Below are positions 26,880 to 38,217 of a stretch of DNA of 64,000 bases, piece by piece. The DNA comes from Leptospirales bacterium (GTDB lineage Bacteria; Spirochaetota; Leptospiria; Turneriellales; JAOUFE01). The notes below the pieces were generated by a model. The model made no database searches. It was not told the DNA's origin and saw only the letters and a list, made by a program, of their open reading frames with translations. Within the stretch, counting starts at the first letter, position 1; each line of letters opens with the position of its first letter. The stretch is from NCBI GenBank assembly GCA_040326155.1, contig JBEQLE010000008.1, forward strand, positions 13,531-77,530, read 5' to 3'. Both the position numbers and the translations under genes were made by a program.

Positions 26880-28925
26880 TCACAACATGTCGATCGGGTC
26901 TATGTCGATTTCTGAAGAGACGCCTTCGACGCGGTTTTGCGAGGTGTTGAAAAATGATCTCAGCTTGCCGCCAAAGCGTCGGAGTTTTTCGGCTGATTTA
27001 TCTTTTGCCAAAATGTGAAGTCGGTACTGCCCCTTTATTTTATAGAGCGCCGCTTCTGTCGGTCCGTAAATTTGTTCTGGCATGCTTTCGGAACTCTCTG
27101 TTGTAAACAGAGAATTTTCTGTCTCCATTTCTGAGATATATGCCGAGAGCCGGTGAGCAATTCTCCATAACGTATCTTCTTTATCGGAACGTAGTACGAC
27201 ACGAAGCAGTCTGCCGAAAGGTGGAAACCCCATCTCTTTTCGCAACTGTATCTCTTTTTCGTAAAAAGCTTCGTAGTCGCTCTGCTTTGCATAATCGATG
27301 GCGTAGTGTCCGGCTTGAACAGTCTGCATTACGACCTCTCCTTTTGAGTGCCTGCCGGCTCTTCCCGAGGCTTGCACCAGAAGTTGAAATACCCTTTCTG
27401 GACTTCGAAAATCGGGTAGTGATAAACCAATGTCTGCATTTAAAATTCCCACCAGAGTTACGCCTTCCAGGTCGAAACCTTTTGCAATCATCTGCGTTCC
27501 AATTAACGCTTGAATTTTTCGGGTTCTCATGGCTTCAAGCACATCTTCTACAAAACCCGAAGCGCTTGCGGAGTCCTGGTCCATTCTTGCATATTCAATA
27601 TTCGGAAAGTGAAACTCCATTGCGTCTTCGGCTTTTTGTATACCCTTGCCCGAAAGTTTCAAGTCGCCCCCGCACTCGGTACATTTACCCGTATACGGTT
27701 CAGTATGTCCGCAGAGGTGGCATTTAAGAAAACTACCACCGTCTTTGCTTTTGTGGTGGGTCAGCGAAACGCTGCAACTCGGGCAGGACATGGTTCTTTC
27801 GCAACTTTGACAAAAGGCAAAATTCGCATACCCTCTACGGTTCAGCAATAAAATAACCTGTTTTCCCTTTTCAAAATGTTCTTTCATTTTTTTGACTAAA
27901 AACGGAGATAAAATATCGCCGCCGGGCTCTCCGGGGTTGAACTTTGGAAGGTGGATATCTGGCAGTTCCATTTCTGTCGCCCTCTTTTTCAGTACATGCA
28001 GCTGCATTACTTTTCTTTTTGCATAGTACATCGTTTCAACAAGAGGTGTTGCCGACCCACTGATCATAATGGGAGACAAGGAATAGGGCCAGCTGCCTTT
28101 ATGCGACAAACGATTATGCGCCACCCATTTGGCATTGTACCTTGCCCCGAATTGTTCTTTATAGGAGGAATCATGTTCTTCGTCAATTACGATTAGACCC
28201 AGGTTTTTAACCGGTGCAAAAACCGCCGATCTGGTCCCCACAACAAAAATCGCCTCGCCTGCCAGAACTCTTTTATATTCGTTCAAACGAAAGGAGCGTC
28301 CCAACCCCGAATGCAATATTGCCATTTTATCACCAAATATGGGTTTCAATTGTTCGAGAAACTGGTAAGAAAGGGCTATTTCAGGTAGAAGCAACATGGT
28401 TCCCAGGTTTTTCTCCATGTACTTTTGTATAAGTTCAATATAAACTCTGGTTTTTCCCGAGCCTGTTACCCCGTGCAATAAATGCATTTTAAGACTGCTG
28501 CCGCCATTTTTTGCGCCGGTAAGTATATTATCTACAATCTCTTTTTGTTCGCGGTTTAATTCCGGAAGCTCCACATCTTTCGCTTGTTGGCCTACAAGTT
28601 TTTTATGCTTACGCCCCGAAGGGATCATTGAAAAAAGGATATCGGCTCGACGGGCCAGATAATGGGTAGCAACTCTTTCGGAGAGTTCAAACTGTTCTTT
28701 ATTTATTATAGATTCTTTGTCAATAATTCGTGAAATTGGTTCCAGCTCTTTTTTTTCAGAAGCAGCGACTCCACTTCGAATATGAACCACCAGGCCAACC
28801 AGTTTATTTTTTTTAAAATCTACAATAATTCTCTGGTAAAGCCGAATGCGATCAATTAACTTCTCCGGCACATAATACAAGACAGGCTCGCGCCAGGGGG
28901 CATCTACATAAACGGATACAATCAC
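26880..28925 (-). CDS. priA: Primosomal protein N'
   Basis: GVTGSGKT, DEEH, LNRRG, four CxxC, GTQMIAKG, GRAGR. Confidence 0.96.
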   Translation of the reverse strand: MIVSVYVDAPWREPVLYYVPEKLIDRIRLYQRIIVDFKKNKLVGLVVHIRSGVAASEKKELEPISRIIDKESIINKEQFELSERVATHYLARRADILFSMIPSGRKHKKLVGQQAKDVELPELNREQKEIVDNILTGAKNGGSSLKMHLLHGVTGSGKTRVYIELIQKYMEKNLGTMLLLPEIALSYQFLEQLKPIFGDKMAILHSGLGRSFRLNEYKRVLAGEAIFVVGTRSAVFAPVKNLGLIVIDEEHDSSYKEQFGARYNAKWVAHNRLSHKGSWPYSLSPIMISGSATPLVETMYYAKRKVMQLHVLKKRATEMELPDIHLPKFNPGEPGGDILSPFLVKKMKEHFEKGKQVILLLNRRGYANFAFCQSCERTMSCPSCSVSLTHHKSKDGGSFLKCHLCGHTEPYTGKCTECGGDLKLSGKGIQKAEDAMEFHFPNIEYARMDQDSASASGFVEDVLEAMRTRKIQALIGTQMIAKGFDLEGVTLVGILNADIGLSLPDFRSPERVFQLLVQASGRAGRHSKGEVVMQTVQAGHYAIDYAKQSDYEAFYEKEIQLRKEMGFPPFGRLLRVVLRSDKEDTLWRIAHRLSAYISEMETENSLFTTESSESMPEQIYGPTEAALYKIKGQYRLHILAKDKSAEKLRRFGGKLRSFFNTSQNRVEGVSSEIDIDPIDML

Positions 28926-28993
28926 AAAGGCCGGTTTATCGGTCTACCCGGCAAGGTAAACCGAAAATCAGAACTTCTATTACTTATGTTATT

Positions 28994-30169
28994 TCATCTC
29001 TTCCTGGAGGCTTGTTTAAGAATATACGTGGCAATTTCATTCTTTTGAATTTGACTGGTTCCTTCGTAAATTGTTAAAATTTTTGCATCTCTGTACATTT
29101 TTTCAACAGGATAATCTTTCACGTACCCATAGCCGCCGTGAAGTTGCAACGCATCGTTAGCTATGCTGACTGCATTTTCACTGCAATAATATTTGGCAAT
29201 AGCCGAATATTTGGCCAAATCGGAATGGTGCAAGTCAGCACACCTGGCAGCTCTGTATACCAACAACTGCCCCGCTTCGATTTTCACCAGCATATCGACC
29301 AGCATATGTTGCACAACTTGAAAGTTAATTACACTTTTACCAAATTGAACTCTTTCCCGGGTATACTTTACAGCTTCGTCGTATGCGCCTCTGGCCACAC
29401 CCACGGCCATTCCCGCCACCACAGGTCGTGAAACATTTAGAGTTTTTATAGCATGGATAAAACCTTTACCTTCGTGTAAACCCACAAGATTCTCAGCCGG
29501 AACTTCCACATCTTCCATAATAATCTGAGCTGTATGTGAAGCTCGAATTCCCAGTTTATTTTCCAGTTTTCCAAAAGAGAGTCCTTTCATCCCTTTTTCC
29601 AGAATAAAACAGGAAAATCCGCGCGAACCTTTACTCGGGTCGGTTTCGGCAAACACTGTATAGATATCGGCCTGTCCCGCATTGGATATCCATTGCTTGG
29701 TTCCATTTAATATATATGCGTCTCCCTTTTTTACAGCCGTTGTTGTCATGGCGGGAACATCCGAACCTGCGTCTGGTTCGGTCAGTCCAAAAGCTCCCAG
29801 TTTTTCACCTGAAGCCAGCGGGGTTAAATATTTCATTTTTTGCTCTTCGGTTCCCCCGATTTCAATCGGAAAGGCGCCTAACTTCGAAGCCAGGTAAGCG
29901 GTTCCAACCCCCAGGCAATACTTCGAAATTGTCTCGCCCATCATGGCAGCGACTAAAGAACTTGAACCCAGGCCGCCGTATTCCGTTGCATATAATACAC
30001 TAAAAAGGCCGGCTTCCCGAAACTTATCGAAAACCTCATGCGGAAAAATTTCTTTTTCATCCATTTCAGCCCGTCTTGGTATAATTTCATTTCGGCAAAC
30101 CTCGTCCGCCATTTCCAATATTGTTACATCATCTTCCGATAAAGAAAAATCCATTATATCTTTGCTCAT
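28994..30169 (-). CDS. Acyl-CoA dehydrogenase
   Basis: FGLTEPDAGSD, KQWISN, RVQFGK, QLHGGYGY, IYEGTSQIQ. Confidence 0.95.
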   Translation of the reverse strand: MSKDIMDFSLSEDDVTILEMADEVCRNEIIPRRAEMDEKEIFPHEVFDKFREAGLFSVLYATEYGGLGSSSLVAAMMGETISKYCLGVGTAYLASKLGAFPIEIGGTEEQKMKYLTPLASGEKLGAFGLTEPDAGSDVPAMTTTAVKKGDAYILNGTKQWISNAGQADIYTVFAETDPSKGSRGFSCFILEKGMKGLSFGKLENKLGIRASHTAQIIMEDVEVPAENLVGLHEGKGFIHAIKTLNVSRPVVAGMAVGVARGAYDEAVKYTRERVQFGKSVINFQVVQHMLVDMLVKIEAGQLLVYRAARCADLHHSDLAKYSAIAKYYCSENAVSIANDALQLHGGYGYVKDYPVEKMYRDAKILTIYEGTSQIQKNEIATYILKQASRKR

Positions 30170-30358
30170 TTTTTCTCCTTTTCTGAGTCAATTTTAACTT
30201 ACTTCTATAATTTCTATATCTACACCATTGGGTTTGTAAACAGCAATAGCGCCTTTAACAATAACAATATCGATGATATTCTTCCAGACCATTATACCTT
30301 TATCTCAATATACTGTTTTTCTGTCATTTCTTTCAATTTTATTGTCCAATTTTTATTC

Positions 30359-31552
30359 TCACTTAATTTTTTTGCCAAAATCGGTTTGCATCTGAAAATA
30401 AACGGCATTATCCCGAACATCTCCACCGTTTATCGTCAGGTGATCACGACGTATCTGATAAAAAACCTGGCCCTTTATGCGACTTTTCTGTAAATAGAAG
30501 TTAAAGCCTATCCAGAAATCACGTAAAATCTCTGAGTTTTCTATGTTTTGGTTACCATCGAGATCGAGTTCAAAATAGTCATATCGAAAAACAGCCATAA
30601 GAAATCGTTTACCTACAGGCAAAACATAACCCGCTGTCGCCTGGTACGAGAAATTGTCGTTGGCCGCATTGCCTGTAAATTTTGTTACAGAAGCATTCAG
30701 GTAAATTTGATATAGAAATAGTGTCATATCTCCGCTCACGCCGCCAACACTGAGGTTGTTAGCAAAACGTCCGTATTCAGCCGACTCAGTATACATTCCT
30801 GAAACTCCGAAAGAAAGCAGGTTGTTATTGTCGAACACCTCTGTTCCTTCTTTCCAGGCTTTACCTTCTGGTCCACCCAGGGGATGATATTCGAGGCGGG
30901 CATTCCAGAGCGGCGCTGTTGGCTCTCCCGAATTCGAAGCTTGAACATATTTTCGTCCTACCCCGTCATCGCCGGCGCCGTCCCCGTTGGTAAGTGAAAC
31001 CATGAATTTCATTTTATTTTTCATACTTCCCACAAAACCCAGCGGATTCACGTCGAACATTACCCCGATATCGTAAAGTTGTATCATGGAGTTCATAAAA
31101 GAACGCTCCAACGCAACAAAGTTGCCCGAAGAAGCCAGACCTTCCCGAAAAAACGGTAATTTAAATTGGCCAAAAGTTATTCGCGATTCGGGAAGTCCGG
31201 TTGCCAGCCAGAAATTTGCAAACTCAATAGCGGAGTATGCGTCTGTTAATGTGTTGGTTGAACTAAGCGTTGGCTTAGCTAAAAAATTCTCCAGTCTTAA
31301 ATCGACAATTCCGCCAAACCAGTCAGCCCCTTGAAAAATAAACCCTGCACGTAACCTGCGAAAGTTAAAATCGAGCGCATCGTAATCACGGACCGAAGCA
31401 TAGGGAGTGGCAACCTCTCCGGCAACCATTCTAGTCTGAATTCGAATTCTAACCTTCATATAGGATGAATCTTCGACATCATCTGCGGCCCACATCGTCT
31501 GGCTGCATAACAACAGCATTATTATATAAACAAGTCGTTTTGATAATTTCAT
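30359..31552 (-). CDS. Outer-membrane porin (OprO/OprP-like)
   Basis: Signal peptide, FRRLR, GQFKLPF.RE, ERS motifs, amphipathic strands; downstream of an anion transporter. Confidence 0.75.
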   Translation of the reverse strand: MKLSKRLVYIIMLLLCSQTMWAADDVEDSSYMKVRIRIQTRMVAGEVATPYASVRDYDALDFNFRRLRAGFIFQGADWFGGIVDLRLENFLAKPTLSSTNTLTDAYSAIEFANFWLATGLPESRITFGQFKLPFFREGLASSGNFVALERSFMNSMIQLYDIGVMFDVNPLGFVGSMKNKMKFMVSLTNGDGAGDDGVGRKYVQASNSGEPTAPLWNARLEYHPLGGPEGKAWKEGTEVFDNNNLLSFGVSGMYTESAEYGRFANNLSVGGVSGDMTLFLYQIYLNASVTKFTGNAANDNFSYQATAGYVLPVGKRFLMAVFRYDYFELDLDGNQNIENSEILRDFWIGFNFYLQKSRIKGQVFYQIRRDHLTINGGDVRDNAVYFQMQTDFGKKIK

Positions 31553-31588
31553 AATAGCCCTTCCTTATCTCAATACTATAAAAATAAA

Positions 31589-32923
31589 CTACCCGATTAT
31601 GAAAGGCCAAAAGTATGTTGCAACCAGGGAAAGAATAATTACGCCTATCCAGTTGACTATAAAACCGGTTTTTGCCATAGTCTTCATTTCGACTAAACCA
31701 CTCGACATAATAATGGCGTTGGGTGGGGTTGCAATGGGAAGCATAAATGCGTAACTTGCGGCAACGGTCACAATAATAAGCAACCTCTGGTCTAATCCAT
31801 ATGCATTCGATAATTCAAAAAAGATCGGTAGCGCGAGCGAAACAAATGCTGTATTGCTCGTAACCTCCGTCGTAAAACTCACCAGGGCGGCAGTCGCAAA
31901 TAAAATTAAGAGAATGGGCCAATACTCAATACCTGTAAATTGTGCAATAATAATTTGAGCTAGATCGAGCTTAATTACCGCTGCTGCGATTGAAAACCCC
32001 GCTCCAAACAAAAACAATATTTCAAAAGGTATTTTTTTGGTGTCCTGCCAATCGAGAAAATTGATTCCGGGTAAAAACATGGTAAGACCAAATGTGAGTA
32101 AAAGCAATTTTTCGTTTAACCCAAGTCCCATATAATAAGGCTCTATTTTTGCATTTGCAATTAACAGTAAAAAAAGGAATATTAAAATATAGGATAATTT
32201 TTTTTGTTCTTTATCCATAAGCATCGGCTTATGTTGCCCTTTCTCTATTATAACTTTTCGAACAGGCCAGGCAATAATGTAAGGTATGGTCGCTAACATA
32301 AATGCGACCACGGGAATCATCATAACCATCCAGACGACAAAAGAGGGCGCTGCCGTTCCCCACTCTTCCATTTTTTGCAGTAAAATTAAATTTGGCGGAG
32401 TGCCTACAGGTGTTAAAATTCCACCCATGCTGGCTCCATATGCTGTCGCTAAAAGTAGACGAACTTTTACTTTTGGGTCTTTAGCCAGCAAAAGAGCAAT
32501 GGGCATTAGCATCAGGGTTATGGTTGTATTGGATAATACAGCGCTTAATAAAGCCGAGGTAATGGCCACGGCGTAGGTAAGCCCCACCGTGGTTGAGGGA
32601 AAAAAGGAAAGTAATTTCAAGGCAAGGTATTTATGCAGGTTGGTTTTTTCGACGGCTATGGCCAACATAAACCCGCCTAAAAATAAAAAGATAATGGGTT
32701 TTGCATAATTGGCGGTTACTGCCTTTACCTCCATAAAGCCAAAAGCAGAAAAAAGAACGATTGGTAAAAGCGAGACCACCCCCATGGGCAGTCCACCATT
32801 CGTCCATAAAGCAATGGTAAAAGCCAGCACTCCAACAAAGGAAGCCTGCATGGGTGTAAGCACCATGGAGCTTAAGGCATAGAAAATTGCTCCGAGTATT
32901 AAGGCTATGGTGATTTTTTTCAT
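31589..32923 (-). CDS. SLC13/DASS divalent anion:Na+ symporter
   Basis: LSNT, GTPPN, SNTA, FMLPIATPPNAI; many TM helices. Confidence 0.93.
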   Translation of the reverse strand: MKKITIALILGAIFYALSSMVLTPMQASFVGVLAFTIALWTNGGLPMGVVSLLPIVLFSAFGFMEVKAVTANYAKPIIFLFLGGFMLAIAVEKTNLHKYLALKLLSFFPSTTVGLTYAVAITSALLSAVLSNTTITLMLMPIALLLAKDPKVKVRLLLATAYGASMGGILTPVGTPPNLILLQKMEEWGTAAPSFVVWMVMMIPVVAFMLATIPYIIAWPVRKVIIEKGQHKPMLMDKEQKKLSYILIFLFLLLIANAKIEPYYMGLGLNEKLLLLTFGLTMFLPGINFLDWQDTKKIPFEILFLFGAGFSIAAAVIKLDLAQIIIAQFTGIEYWPILLILFATAALVSFTTEVTSNTAFVSLALPIFFELSNAYGLDQRLLIIVTVAASYAFMLPIATPPNAIIMSSGLVEMKTMAKTGFIVNWIGVIILSLVATYFWPFIIG

Positions 32924-32962
32924 GGTTTTCCCTTATTGTAGCGGATATTTTATCCGCCCATT

Positions 32963-34273
32963 TTACATGTTTTGCAAATTATAAAATCGTAGTTTATGAT
33001 CCAGAAAATCTGTTAGAACAAGAATTTTCCCGTCTGGAGATATGTCAAGCCCGGTCGGTTGGTTTCCCCCTTCTACCTCACGAACAACCTCTAAACGTTT
33101 TAAATCGATCATTATAATTTTACCAAATTTTGGCCCTTTCAATAAATAACTTTTTTTATTATTAGGCCCCCGGCAAGAAACAAAAAGGGTTGTTCCATCA
33201 GGAGAAACAACGATGGTATTTGGTTTGTCATACACAGGTATGGTTTTAATGAGTTTCAAACTCTTCTCATCAATGACTTCAACGATAGCGTTTAACATGT
33301 CAGAGACATAAATTCTACCTTTGTTATCACGAACCAAATGTCGCTTTGCTCCAGGCTTGCCGTCAATTTTGGTATTTTTTTTAGACTCAAGGTCAATTCT
33401 AAGAAGGTTACCTCTTATCGTGTCCGATTTATTTCCTGAATATAAGGTTACATAGAGCGCTTTTGAATCGGAAGAAAGTAACAAGCCGCGTGGTATACCG
33501 CCGGTTTGCAAAGTATCGATCTGTTTTTTACGTTTAATGTCAATAACCGAAACATCACCGGAAAGCCAATTCGAAACATAAACCCTTTTTCGCGATTTAT
33601 CGTATTCCATAAACTTGGTCCAATTGCCCGAGACCGTTATGGTCGTTTTATATTTAAACGTTTTCAGATCAAAGACATGAATAGACGAAGTCATCTGGGT
33701 TATCCAGAGTTCTTTCGTATCCGGTATAACAAGAGATTCGACAAAACCGCTTTCTCCGATATACTTTTCGGGAACAGGCAATAACTTTCTTTTTCCGGTT
33801 TTTATATCGATTATAGAAATTCCCGAGGCATCGAGCAGTGGAACAATTACAATATGGTTGTTCATAAACCGAGCACTTTTAGGTTTTTTCCCCGTGTTTA
33901 TATAACCGACGGGTTGGTAGGTTTTATCAATTTTCTGAAATAGAATATCGCGATAAAAGCCGGTAAGGTTGATTTTTTTGTCAAATAAAACACCTTCGGA
34001 CACGATTTTCAAATAAAAAGATCGATTGCGAATTTTTTCGGGTAGAATGATATCAACATATCCCAGATTTTTTTCGATATGTTTCGAAATCGATTCAACC
34101 TTTTTTCCGTCAATAAACGCCGTTACGGGTTCCCACGGTTGCAAGTATATACGCCATTTATCTGGCTCACCCGCATGTAAAAAGCAGACAAATAAAATAG
34201 AACATGTAAATAGAAAAACAGAATTTCGAAGAGTTTGTTTTGCGCAGGTTTTCAAGGTCTTCAAGGTTTGCAA
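32963..34273 (-). CDS. YncE/YVTN-type beta-propeller protein
   Basis: Repeats such as VYVSNW...VSVID, GIPRGL, VSPDG, GNQPTGLDISPDG. Start uncertain. Confidence 0.8.
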   Translation of the reverse strand: MQTLKTLKTCAKQTLRNSVFLFTCSILFVCFLHAGEPDKWRIYLQPWEPVTAFIDGKKVESISKHIEKNLGYVDIILPEKIRNRSFYLKIVSEGVLFDKKINLTGFYRDILFQKIDKTYQPVGYINTGKKPKSARFMNNHIVIVPLLDASGISIIDIKTGKRKLLPVPEKYIGESGFVESLVIPDTKELWITQMTSSIHVFDLKTFKYKTTITVSGNWTKFMEYDKSRKRVYVSNWLSGDVSVIDIKRKKQIDTLQTGGIPRGLLLSSDSKALYVTLYSGNKSDTIRGNLLRIDLESKKNTKIDGKPGAKRHLVRDNKGRIYVSDMLNAIVEVIDEKSLKLIKTIPVYDKPNTIVVSPDGTTLFVSCRGPNNKKSYLLKGPKFGKIIMIDLKRLEVVREVEGGNQPTGLDISPDGKILVLTDFLDHKLRFYNLQNM

Positions 34274-34371
34274 TGATTTTCAAATATAAGGCACAGTCAA
34301 GTGGATTTTTTTAGATACTACTTTTTAGATAATACATAGGGGCTGCTTTTATCTTCAAATAATCTGAAAAG

Positions 34372-34749
34372 TTAAGGACACCGGGAACAAACGCGCCGGA
34401 AAGTTTTCATTATACGATATGCCGGTACGGCCCCATTCACAAGAAATGACTTTCGCAACACCCAGCGAACCGGTTTTGCCATAGGAAGAATTTCAACAAT
34501 TTTATCAATGGCCTCCGCCCCTGAGAATATTTCGCCGGACGGGGAAATAAGATGGAGGTCGTTGCTCAGAGTTTCGTCAGTTTCGATATTTTTTACATAC
34601 TCTTCAAAATCAACGAAAAGAAAAACTCTGTTTTTATCAAGCTTGCGAAGAGTTCCGGCACCTTTGGAACAAACCTTACAGCCAGAATCATAGACCATGG
34701 TCCACTGTTTTTGATCATCCTTACTCATTTTTGACAATTCCGAGACCAT
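34372..34749 (-). CDS. DCC-family (DUF393) thiol-disulfide oxidoreductase-like protein
   Basis: VYDSGCKVC motif, G..A segment. Start uncertain. Confidence 0.8.
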   Translation of the reverse strand: MVSELSKMSKDDQKQWTMVYDSGCKVCSKGAGTLRKLDKNRVFLFVDFEEYVKNIETDETLSNDLHLISPSGEIFSGAEAIDKIVEILPMAKPVRWVLRKSFLVNGAVPAYRIMKTFRRVCSRCP

Positions 34750-34829
34750 GTTTTCTAAGAAACCGGGCCCCAACTGTGGAAACCCGGTTTATTGTTAACA
34801 CTTGTTGTTAACATTTCTAAATAATACTT

Positions 34830-36176
34830 TTAAAATTCAAATGACATGTTAAATACCACTTCAATCTGAGTTTGAGTTTCATATTGATCGTTCCCAATGG
34901 GTGCAAAAGTCCAATTATATTTCAACCCGATTAACATAAAAGGAAGAGGATGATAACCGATCATAGCGGCTAAAAGTGAGTCTTCATCCAGAGCAAACAA
35001 ATCGGCTCCATTTTGAATACCCACCCTGTCATACCAAGCACCAAGTTCGATTTTAGGAATCAGCTTGGGAGGAATAATTACTTCCAGGTGAAGAATGCCA
35101 TCGGGGTCGGTATCTGTCTGCTGATAACCGCCAATAATCTGTACAGCATCAAATAAGGAAAACCCGAGCTCTCCATACGTTCCTCCTGAGGCAAGTTTCG
35201 ACGACAGTTCATCTCGGCCAATTACAGCACCCGAAGAACTGGTTGCGGGCTGGTACCGATTGATCAGATACATAGTGTTGAAAAACGAAGGTACAAACTG
35301 ATCTTTAATCCATCGTCTTTCCACCTTGGCTTGAATTTTAACAATGTTTCCGGGCAGTGCAAATTGTGTTGCTACGCCAATTAACTGGCCAGAGCCATAT
35401 TGAAGATATTTTGCCCAGTCATAATATACTTCAAGCTTAAAAATATCGGTCTCAATAATCGGCAAGCCGACATCTAATGCATAGGCAGCCAAAAACTCCG
35501 ATGTGGTTGTTTTATTATTATTTGGTGACCCCGTGTTATAAGTGGAATTTGTAATTGTAGAATCGGTGCTAAAATCTGCAACAAATGTCCCGCCAAACTC
35601 AAGTCCGCCGATTATGGGTAGATCACCGATTGGTGTAAATTTAAGCGGACGAACATAGAGCCTGGCTCCGGTAACAGACGCGTCGATAAAGTCGGAATAA
35701 ATACCCTCAATACCCACTTTCTCAAAGTCAAGGTCGAATTCCATACCGATTCCCCGGTCATCCAGAGAAGGGCTATTGGAAAAGTTGTACATTAAAATTC
35801 CATGCCCCAGAGATGAATTGCTCAGGTTTCCTACTCGAGTGTATAAAAAACCAAAAGCCTTCTCTTCTTTAGTTCCCAGACGTACATATCGAATAATTTT
35901 AGCGATATCACGTATTTCATCCCAGTCGCTCTTACGAATGGTCCCGTCCTGGGTGTTAATGCGAAGGGTTAAATCGGCTCCGAAACCAAATGGCCCCAAA
36001 GCCAGGTCCGGTGTGAATGATAAATTGAAGTATGGAATGCCATCGATCATTGAAAAACCGATACCACCACCAAGAGAGTTGCGAGACTCTTCAGAAAGCA
36101 TACTTTGCGCTTGCAGCGAACCAAGCCCTATCATCGCAGAAAAAATTAATAGTGCTATTTTTTTATAACTTCTCAT
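34830..36176 (-). CDS. Putative outer-membrane beta-barrel protein
   Basis: Signal peptide (LQA), alternating aromatic/Gly strands, C-terminal Phe; RBS AGGAG. Confidence 0.7.
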   Translation of the reverse strand: MRSYKKIALLIFSAMIGLGSLQAQSMLSEESRNSLGGGIGFSMIDGIPYFNLSFTPDLALGPFGFGADLTLRINTQDGTIRKSDWDEIRDIAKIIRYVRLGTKEEKAFGFLYTRVGNLSNSSLGHGILMYNFSNSPSLDDRGIGMEFDLDFEKVGIEGIYSDFIDASVTGARLYVRPLKFTPIGDLPIIGGLEFGGTFVADFSTDSTITNSTYNTGSPNNNKTTTSEFLAAYALDVGLPIIETDIFKLEVYYDWAKYLQYGSGQLIGVATQFALPGNIVKIQAKVERRWIKDQFVPSFFNTMYLINRYQPATSSSGAVIGRDELSSKLASGGTYGELGFSLFDAVQIIGGYQQTDTDPDGILHLEVIIPPKLIPKIELGAWYDRVGIQNGADLFALDEDSLLAAMIGYHPLPFMLIGLKYNWTFAPIGNDQYETQTQIEVVFNMSFEF

Positions 36177-36444
36177 ATTTACTCCTTTATAAAACGTAGT
36201 ATTTAATCGGAACGATCAAAAAGATACTACATTAAAAATGAATTCAATGGGACGAGAAACCCAGCAAATTACAACATTTTTCAGGAAAAACTCCCGCTGT
36301 TACATGTTATCCATTTATTCAACGATTTGTCAAGCTCAATGATACATTTCGTCAAAAAGCGGATCAGGAAAAATCGGCTTGCTTATTAAAAACCCTAAAA
36401 ACATCAGAAAAAATTTTTTTTAACCATTTAAGAACGAAATTACT

Positions 36445-36471
36445 TGAATGAACACTTTTTTTTTCCGATAA
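36445..36471 (+). promoter_or_regulatory. Putative sigma-28 (FliA) promoter
   Basis: TGAA-N15-TCCGATAA versus the consensus TAAA-N15-GCCGATAA, upstream of a chemoreceptor. Confidence 0.6.
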
Positions 36472-36540
36472 TATTAAAACAGACAACTTCAATCGTCTCA
36501 ACATTAATAGTTTTCAGATGTAAAAAAAAAGGAGAATAAA

Positions 36541-38055
36541 ATGGCAAGCAAAGTCAATGGCGAAAAAAAACAAATGTCGGTGGTTACAAACGATAAAGAG
36601 TACGTACTCGATTACGATCAAATATTGGTCAGTCATACGAACTTAAAAGGAATCATTACATATATAAATCGTGAGTTTGAAATTATCTCAGGGTTTTCAA
36701 AAGAAGAGTTAATTGGAAATCCCCACAGTATTATTCGCCACCCCGGCATGCCTCGCAGCGCATTTTACGACCTCTGGGATACTATTAAAAAAGGAGACTC
36801 ATGGAAAGGGTATGTAAAAAACCGAACCAAAGACGGTGGTTACTATTGGGTAGATGCGCGAGTCTCACCTTTATATGAAAATGGAGAGCATGTTGGATAT
36901 TTATCAGTTCGATATAAACCCGAACCTACCGAGTTGAAAAATGTTATTAAGCTATACGATAATTTATTGAAGGAAAAAGGGAACTTCCCATATACGGACC
37001 AGGGACCAAGTACGAAAATTTCTACAAAAATTACTATTCTCGCGTCATTGATGGCCTTGCCCATTGCTTACGCTGCTTTACACCAGTTTACTCCCCTGCC
37101 GTTTACCGTCGATTTGGCCATTTCCGGCACTTTATACCTTATTTCTCTTTTCTCCTTAAACCTGTTCACCAAAAAACTAATTGGAACTCCGGTTAAAGAA
37201 TCGGTAACCACAGGAACAAATCTGGCCAAAGGGTATTTACAAATGGACTTACCGGTCAACCGTCATGATGAGATGGGAAGTTTCTATAAGACTCTGCACA
37301 TTATGATGAATAACTTTACCGGTGTCATTGGAAAACTCGGAGAAAACTCTAAAACAATGCAAGTTGCCATTAACAACATTGCGCAAACATCGCAGGCTCT
37401 GAGTCAAAATAGCTCAGAACAAGCCGGGGCAGTCGAAGAGACAAGTTCATCACTCGAAGAAATGGCCGCGACAATTATACAAAATGCCGACAACGCAAAA
37501 TCAACCGAATCCATTGCGAACAAGACAGCGGACCAAAGTGTTGAAGGTGGTAAAGCAGTAGAAGAAACTGCTGGGGCAATGACCGAAATTTCCGGAAAGG
37601 TCGGGGTGATCGAAGAAATTGCCTACCAAACAAACCTTCTTGCCTTAAACGCTGCCATTGAAGCAGCCAGAGCAGGTGAATCGGGAAAAGGCTTTGCTGT
37701 CGTAGCCGCAGAAGTTCGTAAATTAGCCGAAAGAAGCCAGGGCGAAGCAAAAATGATTACCGATATTGTCCAAAAAAGCGTCGAGGTTTCAACGCGAGCC
37801 GGTCAAATTATTGAATCGATCGTTCCCGATGTAAACAAAACAGCAGAACTTGTAAAAGAGATCTCAGCCGCGTCGGATGAACAAACAGTGGGTGTCGACC
37901 AAATGAACAAGGCAGTAGCACAACTCAACCTCGCAGCCCAGGGTAACGCCGCTTCAGCCGAAGAACTTTCGAGTACTGCGGAAGACCTGAACGAACAATC
38001 CGTGCAACTTTCAGGAATTTTAAATTCCTTTAAATTACGTCGAAAAACAAGATAA
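36541..38055 (+). CDS. PAS-domain methyl-accepting chemotaxis protein (Aer-like)
   Basis: [11 protein letters not shown]...[17 protein letters not shown] domain; TM hairpin; [25 protein letters not shown]. Confidence 0.95.
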   Translation: MASKVNGEKKQMSVVTNDKEYVLDYDQILVSHTNLKGIITYINREFEIISGFSKEELIGNPHSIIRHPGMPRSAFYDLWDTIKKGDSWKGYVKNRTKDGGYYWVDARVSPLYENGEHVGYLSVRYKPEPTELKNVIKLYDNLLKEKGNFPYTDQGPSTKISTKITILASLMALPIAYAALHQFTPLPFTVDLAISGTLYLISLFSLNLFTKKLIGTPVKESVTTGTNLAKGYLQMDLPVNRHDEMGSFYKTLHIMMNNFTGVIGKLGENSKTMQVAINNIAQTSQALSQNSSEQAGAVEETSSSLEEMAATIIQNADNAKSTESIANKTADQSVEGGKAVEETAGAMTEISGKVGVIEEIAYQTNLLALNAAIEAARAGESGKGFAVVAAEVRKLAERSQGEAKMITDIVQKSVEVSTRAGQIIESIVPDVNKTAELVKEISAASDEQTVGVDQMNKAVAQLNLAAQGNAASAEELSSTAEDLNEQSVQLSGILNSFKLRRKTR

Positions 38056-38071
38056 TACTTAAAACTATTCT

Positions 38072-38124
38072 ACAGCAGAAAAAGAGAAAAAGAGAATAAA
38101 CCCTTTTTTCTCTTTTTCTGCTGT
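38072..38124 (+). terminator. Long inverted repeat after the MCP gene
   Basis: ACAGCAGAAAAAGAGAAAAA ... TTTTTCTCTTTTTCTGCTGT (20-bp arms). Confidence 0.6.
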
Positions 38125-38217
38125 TTACCATTTATAATTTTCTCGAAAACTACTTGTTTTCGCTATTAATAGTAGTTCAGGCTTTTCAATATCTACCGAA
38201 AATGAATATGTAGACAT

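Noticed and set aside
30205..30330. 32-aa minus-strand ORF (MVWKNIIDIV...) between the porin and acyl-CoA dehydrogenase genes
   Set aside because: Too short, weak RBS, no recognisable similarity.
36200..36440. c-di-GMP riboswitch upstream of the MCP gene
   Set aside because: Only a GGGACG fragment; the GCAAA/GAAA tetraloop-receptor architecture was not found.
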